Assembly: GCA_965202585.1 (NCBI GenBank)
Contig: OZ241829.1
Span: forward strand, 33,852,001-33,916,000
Reading direction: 5' to 3'
Source of the DNA: Thalia democratica
Lineage: Eukaryota
DNA length: 64,000 bases
The number at the start of each line of letters is the position of its first letter. Position 1 is the first letter of the stretch. Below the pieces are notes generated by a model, which ran no database searches, was not told the origin of the DNA, and saw nothing but the letters and a program-made list of their open reading frames with translations. Positions 45,181-60,027 of this stretch are shown one piece after another. The position numbers and the translations under genes are program-made.

Positions 45181-48100
45181 CAATATGAAAAAATATTTGA
45201 TAAAAAGGCACAGCATGGTTATAAAAATTCAGCTTACGACAAAGTTAACAACGAGTTTCAAAACTACTGAACTTTGTTTAAATTTGTAGTTGAGTTTAAA
45301 ACGCTTATTGTAATTAAAATTTAAAAAAAATTAAATGGAAACAGATCTGTATTTTCTTATTTTTGTTGTGTAACACCGTTAAATGCCGTTTTATAACAAT
45401 TATCGTAACCTTGTTTATACAAAAGTTTTTTTTTATAAACTTACCATGAAATTTTTAGCGTCTAAATGTCTTCATACGTCACTGTTGATGTTTGTGTTGT
45501 ATTAAACAAAAATAACAAATTTGTATTCCGTTGAATTTTTGCTGCATGAACTTATTTTTCTTGTAAGGTGCAAATTGTTTGGTTGTAAAGTAATGAAGAT
45601 TGTTAGCTAAAATAAAAATACATCTATTAAAATAGTTGCGCTGGTTATATAATTCAGTCTTAGAATAACATTGTTTATGGAACTTATCAAGTAAACCTTA
45701 AAACTTGTGTGTTTTTCTTACTATCACATTTAAAATAAATCTAAATTTAAATAAATCCTTAGTTTTTGTCAATTTACTTGGTTCAATTAATATGGATTTA
45801 TTTCATCAATTCTAAGCAAACTATTTTTTAATAAAACAGGTCTTGCTTCTTACAGCCTTGCTTTTTTTTTAGACATCAGCTACTCTTGCAGCATAATCAC
45901 AAAAATACTTTTTAGTGCACTTCTAATTATTTTATGCAAATTAAAAAATAATGCAGTAAGGTTAAACAAAAGTTCTAATGTTACTAGGCGGTGAACTTAA
46001 AAGGTAAGTGCTAGTAATTAAAAAAGAGATTAGTAAATGTTAAAACAGATTAACGCCATTAAATTATTTGAAAACTACAAAAATAAATTCATGTAAAAAT
46101 GTCTCTTACGCACGTTTTTAATAAAATTAAGTTAGTAAAAGTTGTTTAAACTTCGACTATAATCTTTTAATTGCCTAACTGAGTCTATATGTTTTACAAT
46201 TAAAGTTATAATTTAAAGCTTTTGATGCTAAAGATTTCAAAGATGTTTTGTGCATAGAAATATTTATCAATTATTGTTATACCGTATACAATTAAAATAT
46301 AAAAGTATTAAAAAGTAACATTTTCTACTGAAAAATTTAAAAAAAGTAAGAATGTTTGCTGTAACTGAAATAAGACTTTAGTATAGCTGACCTACTATTT
46401 TAACGAATGCTATGATTAAAGTTAAAATAAAACTATTCAATAACTTGAAAAGTTTATAATTTTTTACACATTTTAAGTTTTTGTATAAATTCCTCTATTT
46501 TTAATATTTCTTTAAAAATTGTTACCAATTAAAATGCACAGCTTTGTTTTATGTTTAAAAATAAAATATTAAAAACTACGTCAGCAACTTAAGTGTGAAA
46601 AATTAATTTGCACGCAGAAACACATTTATTTTAAAAGTGAGTGTCAAATGCTAAAACGAAACGTTAGCTCAAAAATACTTTTACACAAAAACACTTTTGC
46701 AGTTTTTACAAAACGTCAAACTTAGTTTAATGTTTTTTACTTACTCAAAATCTAAACAAGTACTTTTTGAATGTTCAGTAAGATTTGTGCTTAACTTTAA
46801 AAGGCTAACCTTATTCAAAAATAATATATTTAAAAAATAACCAAAAAGCGATAAATCCTAGTAACTCTTCTTCTACCAAACGTTTTTATTATTGGTACAA
46901 AATTAACAAAAATATATATACTCATGGGAAATATGACATATTGAGTGGTAATGTTTTATATATATTTGTTTTATTTGTATTATATTTGCCTAAGATTGGT
47001 ATCACCAAAATTTAATTTGTTTTTTCCTAAAGTAAAATTTGAGTGTTTTAAGGTTACTTTTTTTCTTTTAAAAATAAATAAACATAAATATATCATACTA
47101 TTGTTTCAAAAAGTGTTTTTTTAATTTTTTGCTCACCAAATTTTTAGTATACTAGTCTTTATCCTAAATATTTTAAAATTTAATGGATTATCATACAGAT
47201 TTATACATAAACTTTTACTATTATTACCTATTCAACAAAGATTTTTTTGTCTCATAAGATATTGAGTTTATATTTTTAAAGCTTAACTTAAAAGTTTTGT
47301 TACCGTTTTTAGTATAACACTCGATTATTTTGTGATTAAGTGAATATTGTGTATTATTTATTATGTTTTGTATAATTTAGTTGTAAAGTAGTCACTTTTA
47401 AAGTCATAAAATCAATTTAAATCTTATTGCTGATAGCAATAACTACATTACTGATTAACTATTAAAGTAATAAGTATTAAAAAATTTAAATTTAGGGTAT
47501 AATTATATAATTTATATATTTATATTCAAAGTTATTAAAAATTATATAAAACTTTCATCATATTGTCTTTCTTTTTTAACCAATTACTTAAGTTTTATAA
47601 AAAGGTATTGTTTTGATGAACTCGATTTTAGAGAGTGAATACAACATCTTATTAAGACAATAACGATACATACAGCTCACTTTAAACAAAACCAAAAGGT
47701 TTAATTTTTTTGTGCAATTTTTTTTTTGCAAAACCGATAAGACGTTTTCAAATATTTCGCCTGACAGCTTTTCTTTATTCATCACAAACCAATAATGCAA
47801 GAAGTTTCAGATAAGTCAGTGCAAATTTCGGATTACTGTCTGTTGCTGTGGTACGCAGTGCAGGCTAATGCTCACAATATATGTAACAATAACAAGGAGG
47901 CTCCGATGTCAGTCTTATCTGATGGTAAACTTTTAAATTGGTTGATTTAAATCAACGGGCGCAACGGGTTTGAAAAACAACAGCTTTGGGTGGGTTAAGT
48001 CACTTTTTTTTAACGTACACTTGCAAATACATTGAGGTAGAACGTTGTTTTCATACAAGCTTGATCATGTAGAAAAAATTAAAACCATGTTTTTTGGAAA

Positions 48101-51100
48101 AAAACAGAGCAATTGTGTCTTTTTTAAGTTATTTTTTATTACTTACATTTTAAAGTAACAAAAAATAATAAACAAAAATGTATTTAATAAAATATAATAG
48201 TTATGTTTTTAACTTCAAGTAGTTCTTGAGAAGCTTTAGTTATATAGTTTATTTTAAAAAGTTAAACAGCAAACTGAAAGAACTTTTTCATATTGAAAAC
48301 TTAATGTTTTCAAAACTACCTTACTGGAATAGTGACAATGCAATATACCTCTAGGTTTTTTATCTATAAGATAAAGAAAATTACCAAAAACTGTTAACAA
48401 ACATTTTTGTGTTTGTTTTGAAAAGACTGTTTTAGTTAAAGTAAAAAAATTATTATTAAAGTTCATTCAGTAGTTGATACTCATTTTACAAAAGTTAAAA
48501 AAAGTACGAATTTATTTATAAAAATATTTAGTTGATCAAAAATTAAACGACTTTTTTGTTTATTTTTAAGGTATCTTTTTTATCTGTTCATCTGTTTATA
48601 TTCATTATTTTTATTGACTGTTATACATTATTTTGAAGGTGTGACTAAGGTCTATAGGTAAGATTTTTTTATACTGCACAAAATATATTGACAAAAGTAT
48701 ATTTTTACATTGTTTGAAAACAGTATTGAAGCAATTCAAAATCAGATTTACCTGAATTTTTAAACAAAAAGTTTTTTTTTAATTTATTTCAGCAACTTTT
48801 GTGACGCCATATAGAAATTTACAAGCTTTAGTTAGTGCGAATTTTCAACAAAAATGCTTGACACATAATTTGTTTAGTTTTAGCGTGACGTTACTTTAAG
48901 CGAATTGTTTTTGTTTGCATATAAAATTACGGTTTTTAAACGAAAGAGGTAATTACTTGGCCAACTTGATTTGTTTCGGAGTTTTAACCCTTTGCTTACG
49001 AAACGTATTTGGACCTGAACAAACACAGGGTTCGAGCGTGGGTCAGGTTACCCCGCGGTGTTGGTTTAGCAAAGTCCGCGTCGTCTGCATGCGATTTCGA
49101 ATTTCAACTTCGTCATTACGTCATAATGCCGGTGTGTACACAAGCGTACATGGTATTGTCTTGTTTACTTGTATCGCGAACTTATATTGTTTTGTCTCTT
49201 TAATGATTTAAAATAAAAGGAAGTTAGGTCTTCGTTATAAATAATATTGTATTTAGAAAAATTCGCGCAATGTTATTGAAAGTATTTGACCTTTGAATGA
49301 AGGTTTTGTGCTTTTCTACGGCCGATGTTTTGAGTAAATAAACATATGATAACACTAAAATATAATTTTTGAGTAGATACAAACATTTTTGTTTGTAAGA
49401 ATTTTAATGAAAGATAATTGTTGTTTCATAATTTTGAAAAACCAGACGTTTATTCCTCTTTAATTCAAAGACAATTCATATATATATACAAACTTTGATT
49501 ATAAAGTCTGTTTTTTAAATACTTAAATACGTAAGGTATAAAATCTAATACTTTATATAAGTATGCTTTTTAATTTTATTTTAATATAACTTCAAAAAAA
49601 AAATTAAAGTTTTAGAAATAATACTGAAGTTAGATTTGAGAAAGTTTTTCAAATATAAATTAAATTTCTACAATACAGCAAACTCATAACTATAATGCTT
49701 AGTTTTGTTTGACTATTACTTTGTTATTATTAATTCATAACATTAAATTTTTATTACAAAAAATTGTTTTATCAGTAATTCAGTACTGAAAATAATTAAT
49801 TAAAATTAAATGTTTTTTATTAAGTCTATATGAAAAATTAAAAATAAAAGGCACGTACTTACGCAAATCTAAACTAAAATAGTAAAATTTTATAAATGTT
49901 TTTTTAGTGTATCTTAAACAGCCGAGCTAAATATGTGAGACTGTACATTTGTCATGTAAAAAGTTAAAAAAAAAATTATTAGAAATTAACTTGTAATAAT
50001 TTGTATTAATTACATAAAGGTTTATGATTAAGATTAAAAACTTTATAAACAGCAACTTACCATCAGTACTTTCTTTACTTTTATGCTTAAACACGTATTA
50101 AAAGTTTAACGTTGTAATAAATTTCGAAATTTATTTAATTTTTGTGTTATAAATAGTCGGCTGTGCACGTTACCTTGTTTAACATGTAATTTATGACTAA
50201 AATATATCGTTTATAATTGACCAGTGTAAACAAAACTACTAGTTTTTATATTATTTTTTACCACTAAACTGTTTTAAAATCAAATTCTAACGTTATCATT
50301 TTTACTTCAAATACCAGTCAAAGATAAAATGTTTTGTCAACATGTGCCTCAAGCAAAATAAACTTACTGAAACGGCCAATTAATTGCTTACAAAACATCT
50401 CACTGAATTATATTGGCATTTGGCTACAATGTTCTGAGAACGTTGCGCTATAAAAAATAAAAAATGACTCTTACAAGAGAATCGTCGTGTGAAATATTCT
50501 AGCTAAAGCAAAAAAAAAAACTCAACAAGTACTAAATGTGTAAAGTGATACATTTTATCATGTTATACTTTAGTAGTGCAAATATGTTGCTTAATATTTT
50601 TGACTAAACTTTTTAGAACTAAAACTTATGAAAACTTTTGCAAGATTGAGACATTTAAATTTTTCATTAGTCAGTAGCTCTAGAAAACAAAAAGTATCTT
50701 ACAAAAACTTTACTTAACTGCGTACATGAGAATAATGTTGTTTAAGCGTACTATTGTATTAAGAATAAGACTGACTGTCGATGGTTTGCAAGCAGTATCA
50801 AATACACTTTTTAAATAAAATTTAATTTGAATAAGATTTTAAACAACTGAAGATCTCGTTTTTTTTAAACGAGTGAAACATTGTATTGTAATAAAATTTT
50901 AGAAATTTATCATTGAAATAAAATTTTATACAAAAAGTTTCAGTTTTAGATTAGTGGTTTCCTTTCTTTTTTTTTAAATTTATTCTATCATTACTTTCAA
51001 TAAGTTATCTACATTGTAACTAAATTATTCTTGTGTAGCTTTTATTTTTAAAATTCGTGAGAGTTTTAACAAATCTAAATATGTAATTATGTCTACATCG

Positions 51101-52204
51101 AGTAAAGTCATTAAAAAGTGCAACTAAAATGAGCTTGTTAATTGCTTAATTATATTAATTCAATTTTCAAGCTGCGTATGTAATGAACAAACGGTCATTA
51201 ATTTGTTTTTAGATTAAATTTATGAAAATTATTTTCTGCTGTGTCTTTGCATAAATAAATTTTTCCCTGTAAGCACAAGTTCAGCCTTATTTAAATATAT
51301 TTTGATGATATTAACAATAAAATGCTTTTTAAACTATAATAAATTATTTCATACTTTTAAAGTAAATTGAAATATAATAATTACATTAAAGTATAGTGTA
51401 AAATGCTTTTTTGAGTATTACCCTGTAAAACTATCATCTTGTAGTTCAACATTCTTAAATAAAAATCAGCCTTTAAATTAATTTAAGCGATAGTAAACAT
51501 TAAAAAAACGTTTATGTATGTATATTTTAAAAACTATCAAGTATAATCAGCTTTTTTACAGATGATTTTTCCATGTTAGAAAGTCTAAATAAATTAAAGA
51601 CTTGTAAGTTTAAAAAAACAGTTTGGTTAAAATAACGTCTTGTGTTATTAAGCTTCAAGTAGTGATCTTATCATATTCGGCCGTGTAATGGTTTGAAAAT
51701 TATTCGGATCCGAACTGAATCCGATGAGTCCATGTCCAATTAATTAGAATGAATATAAGTCAAGTTTTTGTTGAAGAAACAAAACTTCTACACTTAAAAA
51801 AACTACTAAGTGTAAATTTATAACCACTATCTCCTTAAACGACATAAGCTATGAGCAAACCATCAAACAAGTCAACAGCAATATATGCATTTACAAAAAG
51901 TAATGAATAAGTAGTATTGTGAGGCGTAAAAAAAATTACGAGTAAGCTTTCTTTTTCTATATAAGTAACAAAAATATTTAAAGAAATTCCCAAAACTAAA
52001 GTTTTACCTTGCACATTTATGTTATACGATTTTTTTTATTGCATAAATAAAAGCATGCTGATTGATTTATACTCATTTCCTCATTTTCATGACCCTCTTA
52101 TTTTTCAAATCTATAAAATATTTAAAAAATAAGAACAACTAAAACAATCTATTACCATGATTTAACTTTATATAAAAGACCTAATTGAATTTTAAAATTT
52201 ATAG

Positions 52205-52320
52205 TTTATTGAACGACAAAAAACGCTCAATTTATTTGGTTCTAGGACCTGGTGCAGGAAAAACCTTTCGGTTATCGAGTCGCACACAACATGCAGACCC
52301 TTTAAGGTCTCGTCCAGGAC
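52205..52320 (-). mobile_element. SINE-like repeat family copy
   Basis: Closely similar to the 6951-7061 copy (AACCTTTCGGTTATCGAGTCGCACAC..CCAGGACA). Confidence 0.75.
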
Positions 52321-53824
52321 ATTAATCAAAAACAACATACTTTTTCAACATTTAGTAACTAACGGTGTTTTCTAATAAAACATTCAAACGTTAGACCTTA
52401 AATGGACTATAATAACTTAAACTTTGAAAGTGCTTAATTTTTTTTTATTGAGTTTAATGACGTTTTTCTCGCTAAATTAACAAGACAGTTTAAAAGTACG
52501 ACTACATTAGCAGCCTTTAAAAACTACCTTTGTCTTAGTATTCACTTAACATAAAAAAGAACAAAAAATATTATTATTAAAAAAAGAATTTTAATTAGAA
52601 AACGTTCCTCCAAACATCATATAGTTTTTAGCCAGAACTTCTTAGGTAGATTAAATATTTCATTTTATCTAGATTTTGGCCCGACCAGACCTTGATTGAA
52701 AAGAAAAACGTTCAAATCAGGTTTAGTTATTTTTTAGATCTGGTACATCACTATTTCTAAGTGATTTATGTTGTGTTTGACGTAAGAACTAGAGTAAATA
52801 AACATTATATAAAATTAAATAGTGATGATAAGTTTACGAAACCAATGACAGAGTTAGTTTTTACCAATAGTTAGAAAAATTTTTTTTTTTTTACTAAGTT
52901 AAAAAAGTAAAGTATATATAAATTTTTGTTTTGATTGTTTTTGATACGAAAACAACTTTTCTAGGTGACTGTGCACAAAAGATATAAACTTAGCATTTTT
53001 AGAAAGCGAAAACAAAAAGAAAACTGACAAAACAGTTTTTGAATTTATAGGATTTTGATGTTTTTTGCTTGCTTTACAATTTATTGTTTAAGGTAGACGT
53101 TCATGGTTTTAAGCTTAGTTTATTTCTATTTTTTAAAGTTTTAAAGCACTTCATTAGCAGAAATGACTCTAAAATAGGGTATTGATATATAATATAATGT
53201 ATTAATAAGATAGAGGACGGTATCTAGTTATAATCTCCAACAACTCAAAGCTAAAGTGTTAAGTAAATTATGATTAAAGTTTCTAAACAAACATGTAGCA
53301 AAAAAGACTCGGTATTTTTCTATTTGATACTTGTAGACTAGACTTTCAACATATGTTTCTTTTCTGTTACTAAACTTTACTATTTATTATAAACTTTTTT
53401 GGAAACCTATTTTTGCTGTACGTAGAAGTTTATTAATAGTTAAAAACAAACTAATCAATAGTTTTCTAGCGTATACCAGTGGTTTTGAAATAAGGACAGA
53501 ATTTATATTGGGATGTACGAAACTAATCTAGATGTTAGTCAAGATATAGTTAGATTTTTAATTAATATTTTGAAAAAAAATTAAAAATAAAAACAAAAAT
53601 GATGTTTTTAGAATTGGGTATCAAAATTTTAAATATAAAACATCGATTATGATCTTTTTAAAAACATAGAAAAATTAAAACTTATGTATACTTACAAAGT
53701 TTATTTTATTTAGGTGATAACTATTAAAAAAGAACTCTATTTGGTTTAAAACTCTATTGTGCATATATAACTAAGAGTTTTTCTTTAAAACTATAAAATA
53801 GTCTACATATATAAAAATACAGAT

Positions 53825-54125
53825 CAGGAGTCGGAAAACTGCCGCTCGCGGGCAACATGCGCGGCCCATGAAAGGTAAAAGTGCTGCCTGCGGAGTTTAA
53901 AACTGCGGCTCGCGAAATGTAAAAGGCGGCCCGTGAACTTGCAAATTTTTGAAAATTAAACAATACATTCTTAGATCTGAAATGAAGAAAAAATGTCGAA
54001 AGCATAATCGAAAGGAGATTTTAAAAAGGGTTAAGTTGTAATTAAAACTATAACTGCAGCCCGCGAAGATTTTTATTTTCAAAAAATATCTCGCAACTAC
54101 TAAACGACTGCTGAGCTGACCCATG
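53825..54125. mobile_element. hAT-Charlie-like MITE (CAGGGGTCGGCA family)
   Basis: CAGGAGTCGGAAAACTGCCGCTCGCGGGC..CTGACCCATG with repeated GCGGCCCG subterminal motifs. Confidence 0.7.
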
Positions 54126-54694
54126 CATTAGGATACAAAGGTGACTATTAGTATGTGTTTATATCAATAAAATATCTCTTTTTTATGAAAGAAATAGATA
54201 TATTTATGTAAAACCTACTAAAATTTAATAAAAGCAGAAAAGTAAAACACAATTTCAGCAAGTATAGACAAAAATGAAAATTTTCAATTTTCTAAGTAAC
54301 AAATTTCTGCAAATTACAATCGTTTCTATAAAAAAACTATTTGAAAGTAGAATAAAAGATCAGTTGTTAAAAACTAAGTTTATAACTAAATTACAGTTCC
54401 AAATGATGAAGTGTTTTTTTTTTAATTTCTAAAACAGTTTATAGTTTAATGAAATATTGTTAAAGTCAGCCTTTACTTTTGCATGTAAATTGTTACATTT
54501 TAACAGCATCTCGTTAGACACAAACAAAAACAGATATAAAACTTTTAATTAGAAAATTAAAAGCATTGAAGAAATTTAAAGTTCAATATAAAGATCAATC
54601 ACCGTAACAATTAAGTAGATGCTATTAACAACTTATATATTTGAATTCATTTACAAATTTATGGAGTTTGAGTTATATATATTTTATTAAACGT

Positions 54695-54770
54695 AAAAAA
54701 ATACACTCAAAATATTTGGTCCTAGGACCTGGTACACGAAAAAACCTATTGCTTTTCGAGATCAATTAAA
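54695..54770 (-). mobile_element. SINE-like repeat family copy (short, degenerate)
   Basis: CTCAAAATATTTGGTCCTAGGACCTGGTACACGAAAAAACC. Confidence 0.6.
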
Positions 54771-56984
54771 ATTCGTTGATCAATAAAAATAGTTAAAATT
54801 AACTAATTGACTTATAAAGCTGAGCGTTAAACTAAAAAAAAAAAGGTTTCTTACAAATTATAAAATATTTTTTTAACTAAATTAGAATTATTTAAACGTG
54901 TGTACTATAGTATTTATACCAAAACATTTAAAGTATAAAGTCTTGTGTTCCAAAAATTTACGATTATAATCGACTAACTTCTTTTATTTTAAAAAGTCAA
55001 AAAATGTTGAAATAATTTTTTAACAGTATGTTGAGTATTTACTAATTCTTCAATCTTTGAAGATAACAATTAAAGGACTTTCAATTTATCAATAATGAAA
55101 ACATTATAACTTTAACATTATGAAAATATATTTACAAAACAATTTTTCTTGCAAAAAAAAGAAGATTATCAGATAGTAATAAATCTTGAAAAAATATGGT
55201 TAACATGTAACATGACATTAGGCTTAACTTATATTAAAACTGTCAGTTAGCTATGAAAACAAAAACGAAAATTAAGTTCGAAACGAAAATACCTAGTAAC
55301 TCAGCAAAAGTCTTAAAACTGTTAGGCTGTTTATAAAAATTAAAGTATGTCAAGGTTAAGAAAGTGTAACAATAAAGAATGAAAAAGAACCGTCTAAAGT
55401 TACAATAAGATTATTTTAATTCTAATTATTTAAACATGGTTAAAAATTACTGGCTGGTGAGCTTATTAGGTACAAACGAATTCTAATAGACAACAGTCGA
55501 AATAAACTATAAACTATTGAACTTAACATAAGACTTAAATTTAAAATTAAAACTAGCAATAGTTTGAAAAAAACTTACAAAATAAAGTAGTAGATTAGTA
55601 AAAGATGTAATATCTTAGGCTGGTTATCAAAATAAATTAAAGCTAAGTTTTAAGAATATATCACAAGAAAGATAAAGACTTTTAAAATACTACTGTAGTT
55701 TGAAATTGAGTATTTACTTACTATTGTAAAAAAGCAGTTTTGGCATTGAAGCAAAATTTCAAAACTCATTTAAAAAAGCTTAAAACAACAATAACATATT
55801 ATGTACTTTATAGTTAAAAAAAATGTTTTAGTCTTTTCTTTTTGTTTAAACTATATTATAATAGACAGAAATTTTATCCAGCTGCAATTCGTAGTCAAAT
55901 GGAAGCTTATAACATAGTAGAACAGTTATAAACATAATTATTTAAATATAGCGGTTTTAAAACTTATAAACTTTTTCACTTAGTTTTACAACTCTAACCG
56001 CTTAATTATTTAAGCGTAAGAATCAACAAAAAAATCCTTATTTCCTTTTTTTGCAAAATACCAATCTATAGCAAATTTTATCTTCAAAACATAAGTAGTT
56101 TTCGCTTTTTCGGCTACATAATTGTTAGAACTAATGTTGTCAATTAACAATTTACTTTTTTTTAAATTTTTACATAACCAGTAGTTTTTATAAATTACCA
56201 TACCGTGTTACAGCAATAAATTTTGCCTAAACAAAGCTTTTAAATTTTAAACAAGAAATATTCGTACAAAAAATTTTAACGGAAAAACATCTGTCGACAA
56301 AATAATTAATTACTTTTAACACGCAGAAAAATAGCGATGGAGATAAATATACCTGAATCAAATCATAATTTAAAATAGTCTATGTATTTACAATAATTTA
56401 ATTTACAAAAAGAAAACGACGCTTCACCCAAAATTGGGATCTCCAGGTCTTTTTTTCCTTGTGAATATATATTTTATTTTAATTTTTCTTTATATTTATA
56501 AGGAAAAATTCGATTGTTTTGTTTTATTTTAAAAATGATGCTTTTTTTAATTTTGTGTAACATATTGCCTTGGATATATTAATAGCTACTCATACATGCC
56601 TCAAGCATGTAGTAAACAAGCTAGATTTAAACTGTTACATTATTCAAAAGCATACATTTTAGACTAAGGTAGGTTACAATCCAGTACTTAAACATGTTAA
56701 AACGAATGTTTTATGTATGTAATATAATTTTTATATACCTTTGATATGAAAAATAGTTATCTGTTTGAAAATAAATTCACGTTTTTTGATCTTTTGGACT
56801 TAAGTGAATGCTCAAATTGACTTTTACAGGAGAGTGGTTGTTTTTAATGAAATCATTTTTATGTCATTAGGCCAAATATATAATTATGTTACATATGAGA
56901 TTGATATGGAAAACAGTTAGAGTACAGTTCTGATTAGGAATCTTATTTTTGAAATGCTAGTGCACATAAGTATGACAAATTGTG

Positions 56985-57150
56985 TTATTGAAGAACAAAA
57001 AAAACCCTCAAAATATTTGGTTCTGGGACCTAGTTCACTAAGAACCTCTCGGTTAAACAAGTTGCACACCAGGGATACCTTATAACATCTTGTCCAGGAC
57101 ACTTTTAACGTCTTGTCTTGTTGCCTGATGGCAGGGGAGTCATTTTTTGA
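56985..57150 (-). mobile_element. SINE-like repeat family copy (longest 5' extent)
   Basis: AAATATTTGGTTCTGGGACCTAG..AACCTCTCGGTT..GCACACCAGGGATACC..GTCCAGGACAC. Confidence 0.6.
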
Positions 57151-57193
57151 GTTTTGTAGTGACTTTATAGTTACTCTGTGGATTGTCTAGAAA

Positions 57194-57578
57194 CTAAAAA
57201 TAAATTAAATTCAGGTCATTATTAGTCAATTTATGAATTTTCACTGCCATACATGCAGTAACTTTGTCAAATAAGACCTATAAATATTATTATGCTAAAA
57301 ACAGGTTTTTGTTGTCACTTAATAATTACTTGAAGGATTGTTTTTTAACTAAAAAGTGATTAAATTTAGGTCATCATTAGTCAGTATACAAATTTTCACT
57401 TATATACATGCAGTAACTTTGTCAAAATAGACCTATCAACATTTTTATGCTAAAAATGATTTTTAGTTCTGATGTCATAATTGCTTAGCATATTGTCTTA
57501 AAACTAAAAAGTGATTGAATTCAGGTCATTATTGTAAGAATCTGAATTTTTGCTTCCATACATCAAATAACTTTGACA
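57194..57578. repeat. Degenerate 155-bp tandem repeat, about 2.4 copies
   Basis: CTAAAAA..AATTYAGGTCATYATT starts at 57194, 57349 and 57504; CATGCAGTAACTTTGTCAAA shared by the first two copies. Confidence 0.85.
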
Positions 57579-57699
57579 GCGAGACAAAATAAAAAATAAA
57601 TAAAGAATAAAAATTTTATGACAAAATAACAAAAAAAAACTGTTTTTTTTGTTGGTTTTTTATTAACTACTGAATTTTTGATTTCAAAAAATTCTTTCT

Positions 57700-59330
57700 G
57701 ATAGAATTTTATAAATATTGCAAGGAACATCTCCTGAAAGTTTGAGATAATTATCTCAAAAAAGTAAGGACCACATAGACTTTTAGTGAAGTTGTCTTTT
57801 TTTGCCTTTTTAGTTTGCGCCTTCCATAAGGAACCCAACGTAGTATCCGACTTTCACCAGCACTACTTGTAGCTTAGTCAAAACTCAACAAAATAAGATC
57901 AAATTGTGAAAAAAGTGATTAACCCCCCTAGCCCTTAATAATAAACAGTTGCTGTCAATAACAAAATATATTTCATTAAATTAATAGAAAAGATTTACTC
58001 CTAGATGAATGCTTTCAGTGTAAACTACAAGCCAGTTTTTAAAGTATTTTGAAACTTTATTTATTTCTCAGAAATAGTAATTTTTGTTAAAAGCTTACAA
58101 TACAAATGTATGGGCTACACATTTTTTATTGTCAATTTTGTCACAAAGTTCTAAATTGACTAAAAAATTATTATTTCCTTCATTTTTTAAGCTAGAAACC
58201 TTAAATTTTTAGGACAAAATTCTTATATAATTAAGACTTTTGAAATTTAAAAAGTATTTAAAAAAAAAATAGTGCATTGATTGAAAAAAGTAAAATATTT
58301 GTCAAGAACTTACTGAAAAAAATCAAAGGAGATTGGATAAAAAAGAAAAGATACATTTTTACTGAAATAGTCTTTTTCACGTTTTCAACTTGAGTCTTTT
58401 CATAAAGAACCTGTTTAGCTCACTGATTTCTTATATCTCATAAGTTACTTTGAATTTTGTTAATCAGTAAAAAACTCTGATAGCTAAGATCTATGTTAAA
58501 AAAGGTGGACTTCCCTATTGCCTTGAAGAAATAAAAAAGATACAAGCTTTTTATGATCATTACACAGAAGAGACAATTTTTTTATAAGCAAGGACTAAAT
58601 TTCAAAATCTCCGTCTAACTATTAACAGATTTTGATCCATTCCTTAAATATTTTTATAGGCTTCTAAATTGGCTTTTATTTGTTACCAATGAATATAAAA
58701 CTAGTCTAGTTACTGCTCTACTACACGGTGCCTACAAGACAATATTACCAAGACACTTTTAGAATGTAACACAAGCGCCTAAATATGCCCAGTATTAAAG
58801 ATTGTAGTGTGAAATAATATATTATAAATTCTTTTTTAACACTTTTTAACAAACAAAGATTTATCACTTCCTAACAAATTCATTTGCTGTAAATGTTTTG
58901 CAAATCGTTTTTTGACTTGCCTTTGCTGACAAGCAAAATAATCCTTAACAAATAATAATAGTAAATTACCCTACATACCTTCAGCTTGTCTTAATTCTAC
59001 TGATGTTTGCTTTATCTTAAGGCTATAACTACCTATTTCTTCAGTTTTTACGCCTTATAGATACACTAAGTCAGTTATGGTGATGCATTTTTACTTTTTG
59101 AGATACAAGAGGTTCTTTAAGCTTTTTTTTCATTGTCTTTTAAAATTTACAATGCATAAGTACAATTTTTTGAATTTTAGGGGCACCAGATACACTCTTA
59201 ATTGGTTATCCCTACAAAGAAGGTTAATAAGGGATGCTTTTGATGAAGCTGTTTTAATCTACTTAAAGAAGAAGTTGATTTTTTTCTACCACTTCAGAAG
59301 AAATTTTTAGCTGTTTCTTTGTTATTTAAA
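57700..59330 (+). pseudogene. Decayed CR1/L2-like LINE RT
   Basis: GGLPYCLEEIKK (GxFPxxLK), IFYKQG..PSNY-QILIHSLNIF (domain 1), YFLRYKRFFKLFFHCLL (domain 2), FRGTRYTLNWL, in colinear order with stops and frameshifts. Confidence 0.6.
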
Positions 59331-60027
59331 AATGTTTTTATATATTTAAAGAGAAGTATTGCAAACTTTCAGAAAATGTTGTAAATATTATTTTTTTTAG
59401 ATCTTTTTACTAATATATATCAATACTTATTTTTGAAGATTTAGTACAAAAATTTTTAAAAGATTAGAAAACTATGTCTTCCATACCTTCTTTATATATA
59501 AACTTGTATAAACTTTATATATAAGTTTATTACTTTTAGTTTTTGTGATTTCAATAACTTTAGTTTAAAAGGGGGTTAATTTTATAAGTTTAATCAAATT
59601 TATAACCTATGAAAAAAATAGAAAATAAATGTGCATATATCAAAAATCCTTTCAGTCTTTAAATCAAATAATGAAGTTGTACAATAAGTTAATACTGATG
59701 AAAATAAATTAAATGGAATATAAAATCATCAATTTCAATAATTATTTTAAAGTTAACTTGACATTTTGGTAAAAAATTGATACTGTATATTATTTGATTG
59801 TTTAGTGTATTTCACTTAAAATTTAGTTATAACTTAAGGTACCTAATAAAATAAAACATTGTTTTGTTATAGAATTAAACAAAATAAAATAGTTATAATT
59901 TACAGTTAAACATTAAATTAAAATTTTATTTATATTGCAAAAGCTTACAGTTTAGATTTTTTTTTACAAGCATTACTATAAAAGTATACTTAAACTTTTA
60001 GCTTATTTAATTTATATATAAAAACTA

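Noticed and set aside
52270-52320. CTGGACGA-GACC..GGTC in the SINE-like repeat as a hammerhead ribozyme core
   Set aside because: Not CUGANGA, GAAA does not follow stem II, and other copies read CTGGATAA or CTGGACAA.
58480-58620. KKGGLPYCLEEIKKIQAF looked like the Polinton/Maverick pPolB N-terminal motif (G.P.GPCGLEEIKKFQ)
   Set aside because: The downstream IFYKQG..PSNY-QI, domain-2 and GxRGxxLNW motifs fit a CR1/L2 LINE RT better and are colinear.
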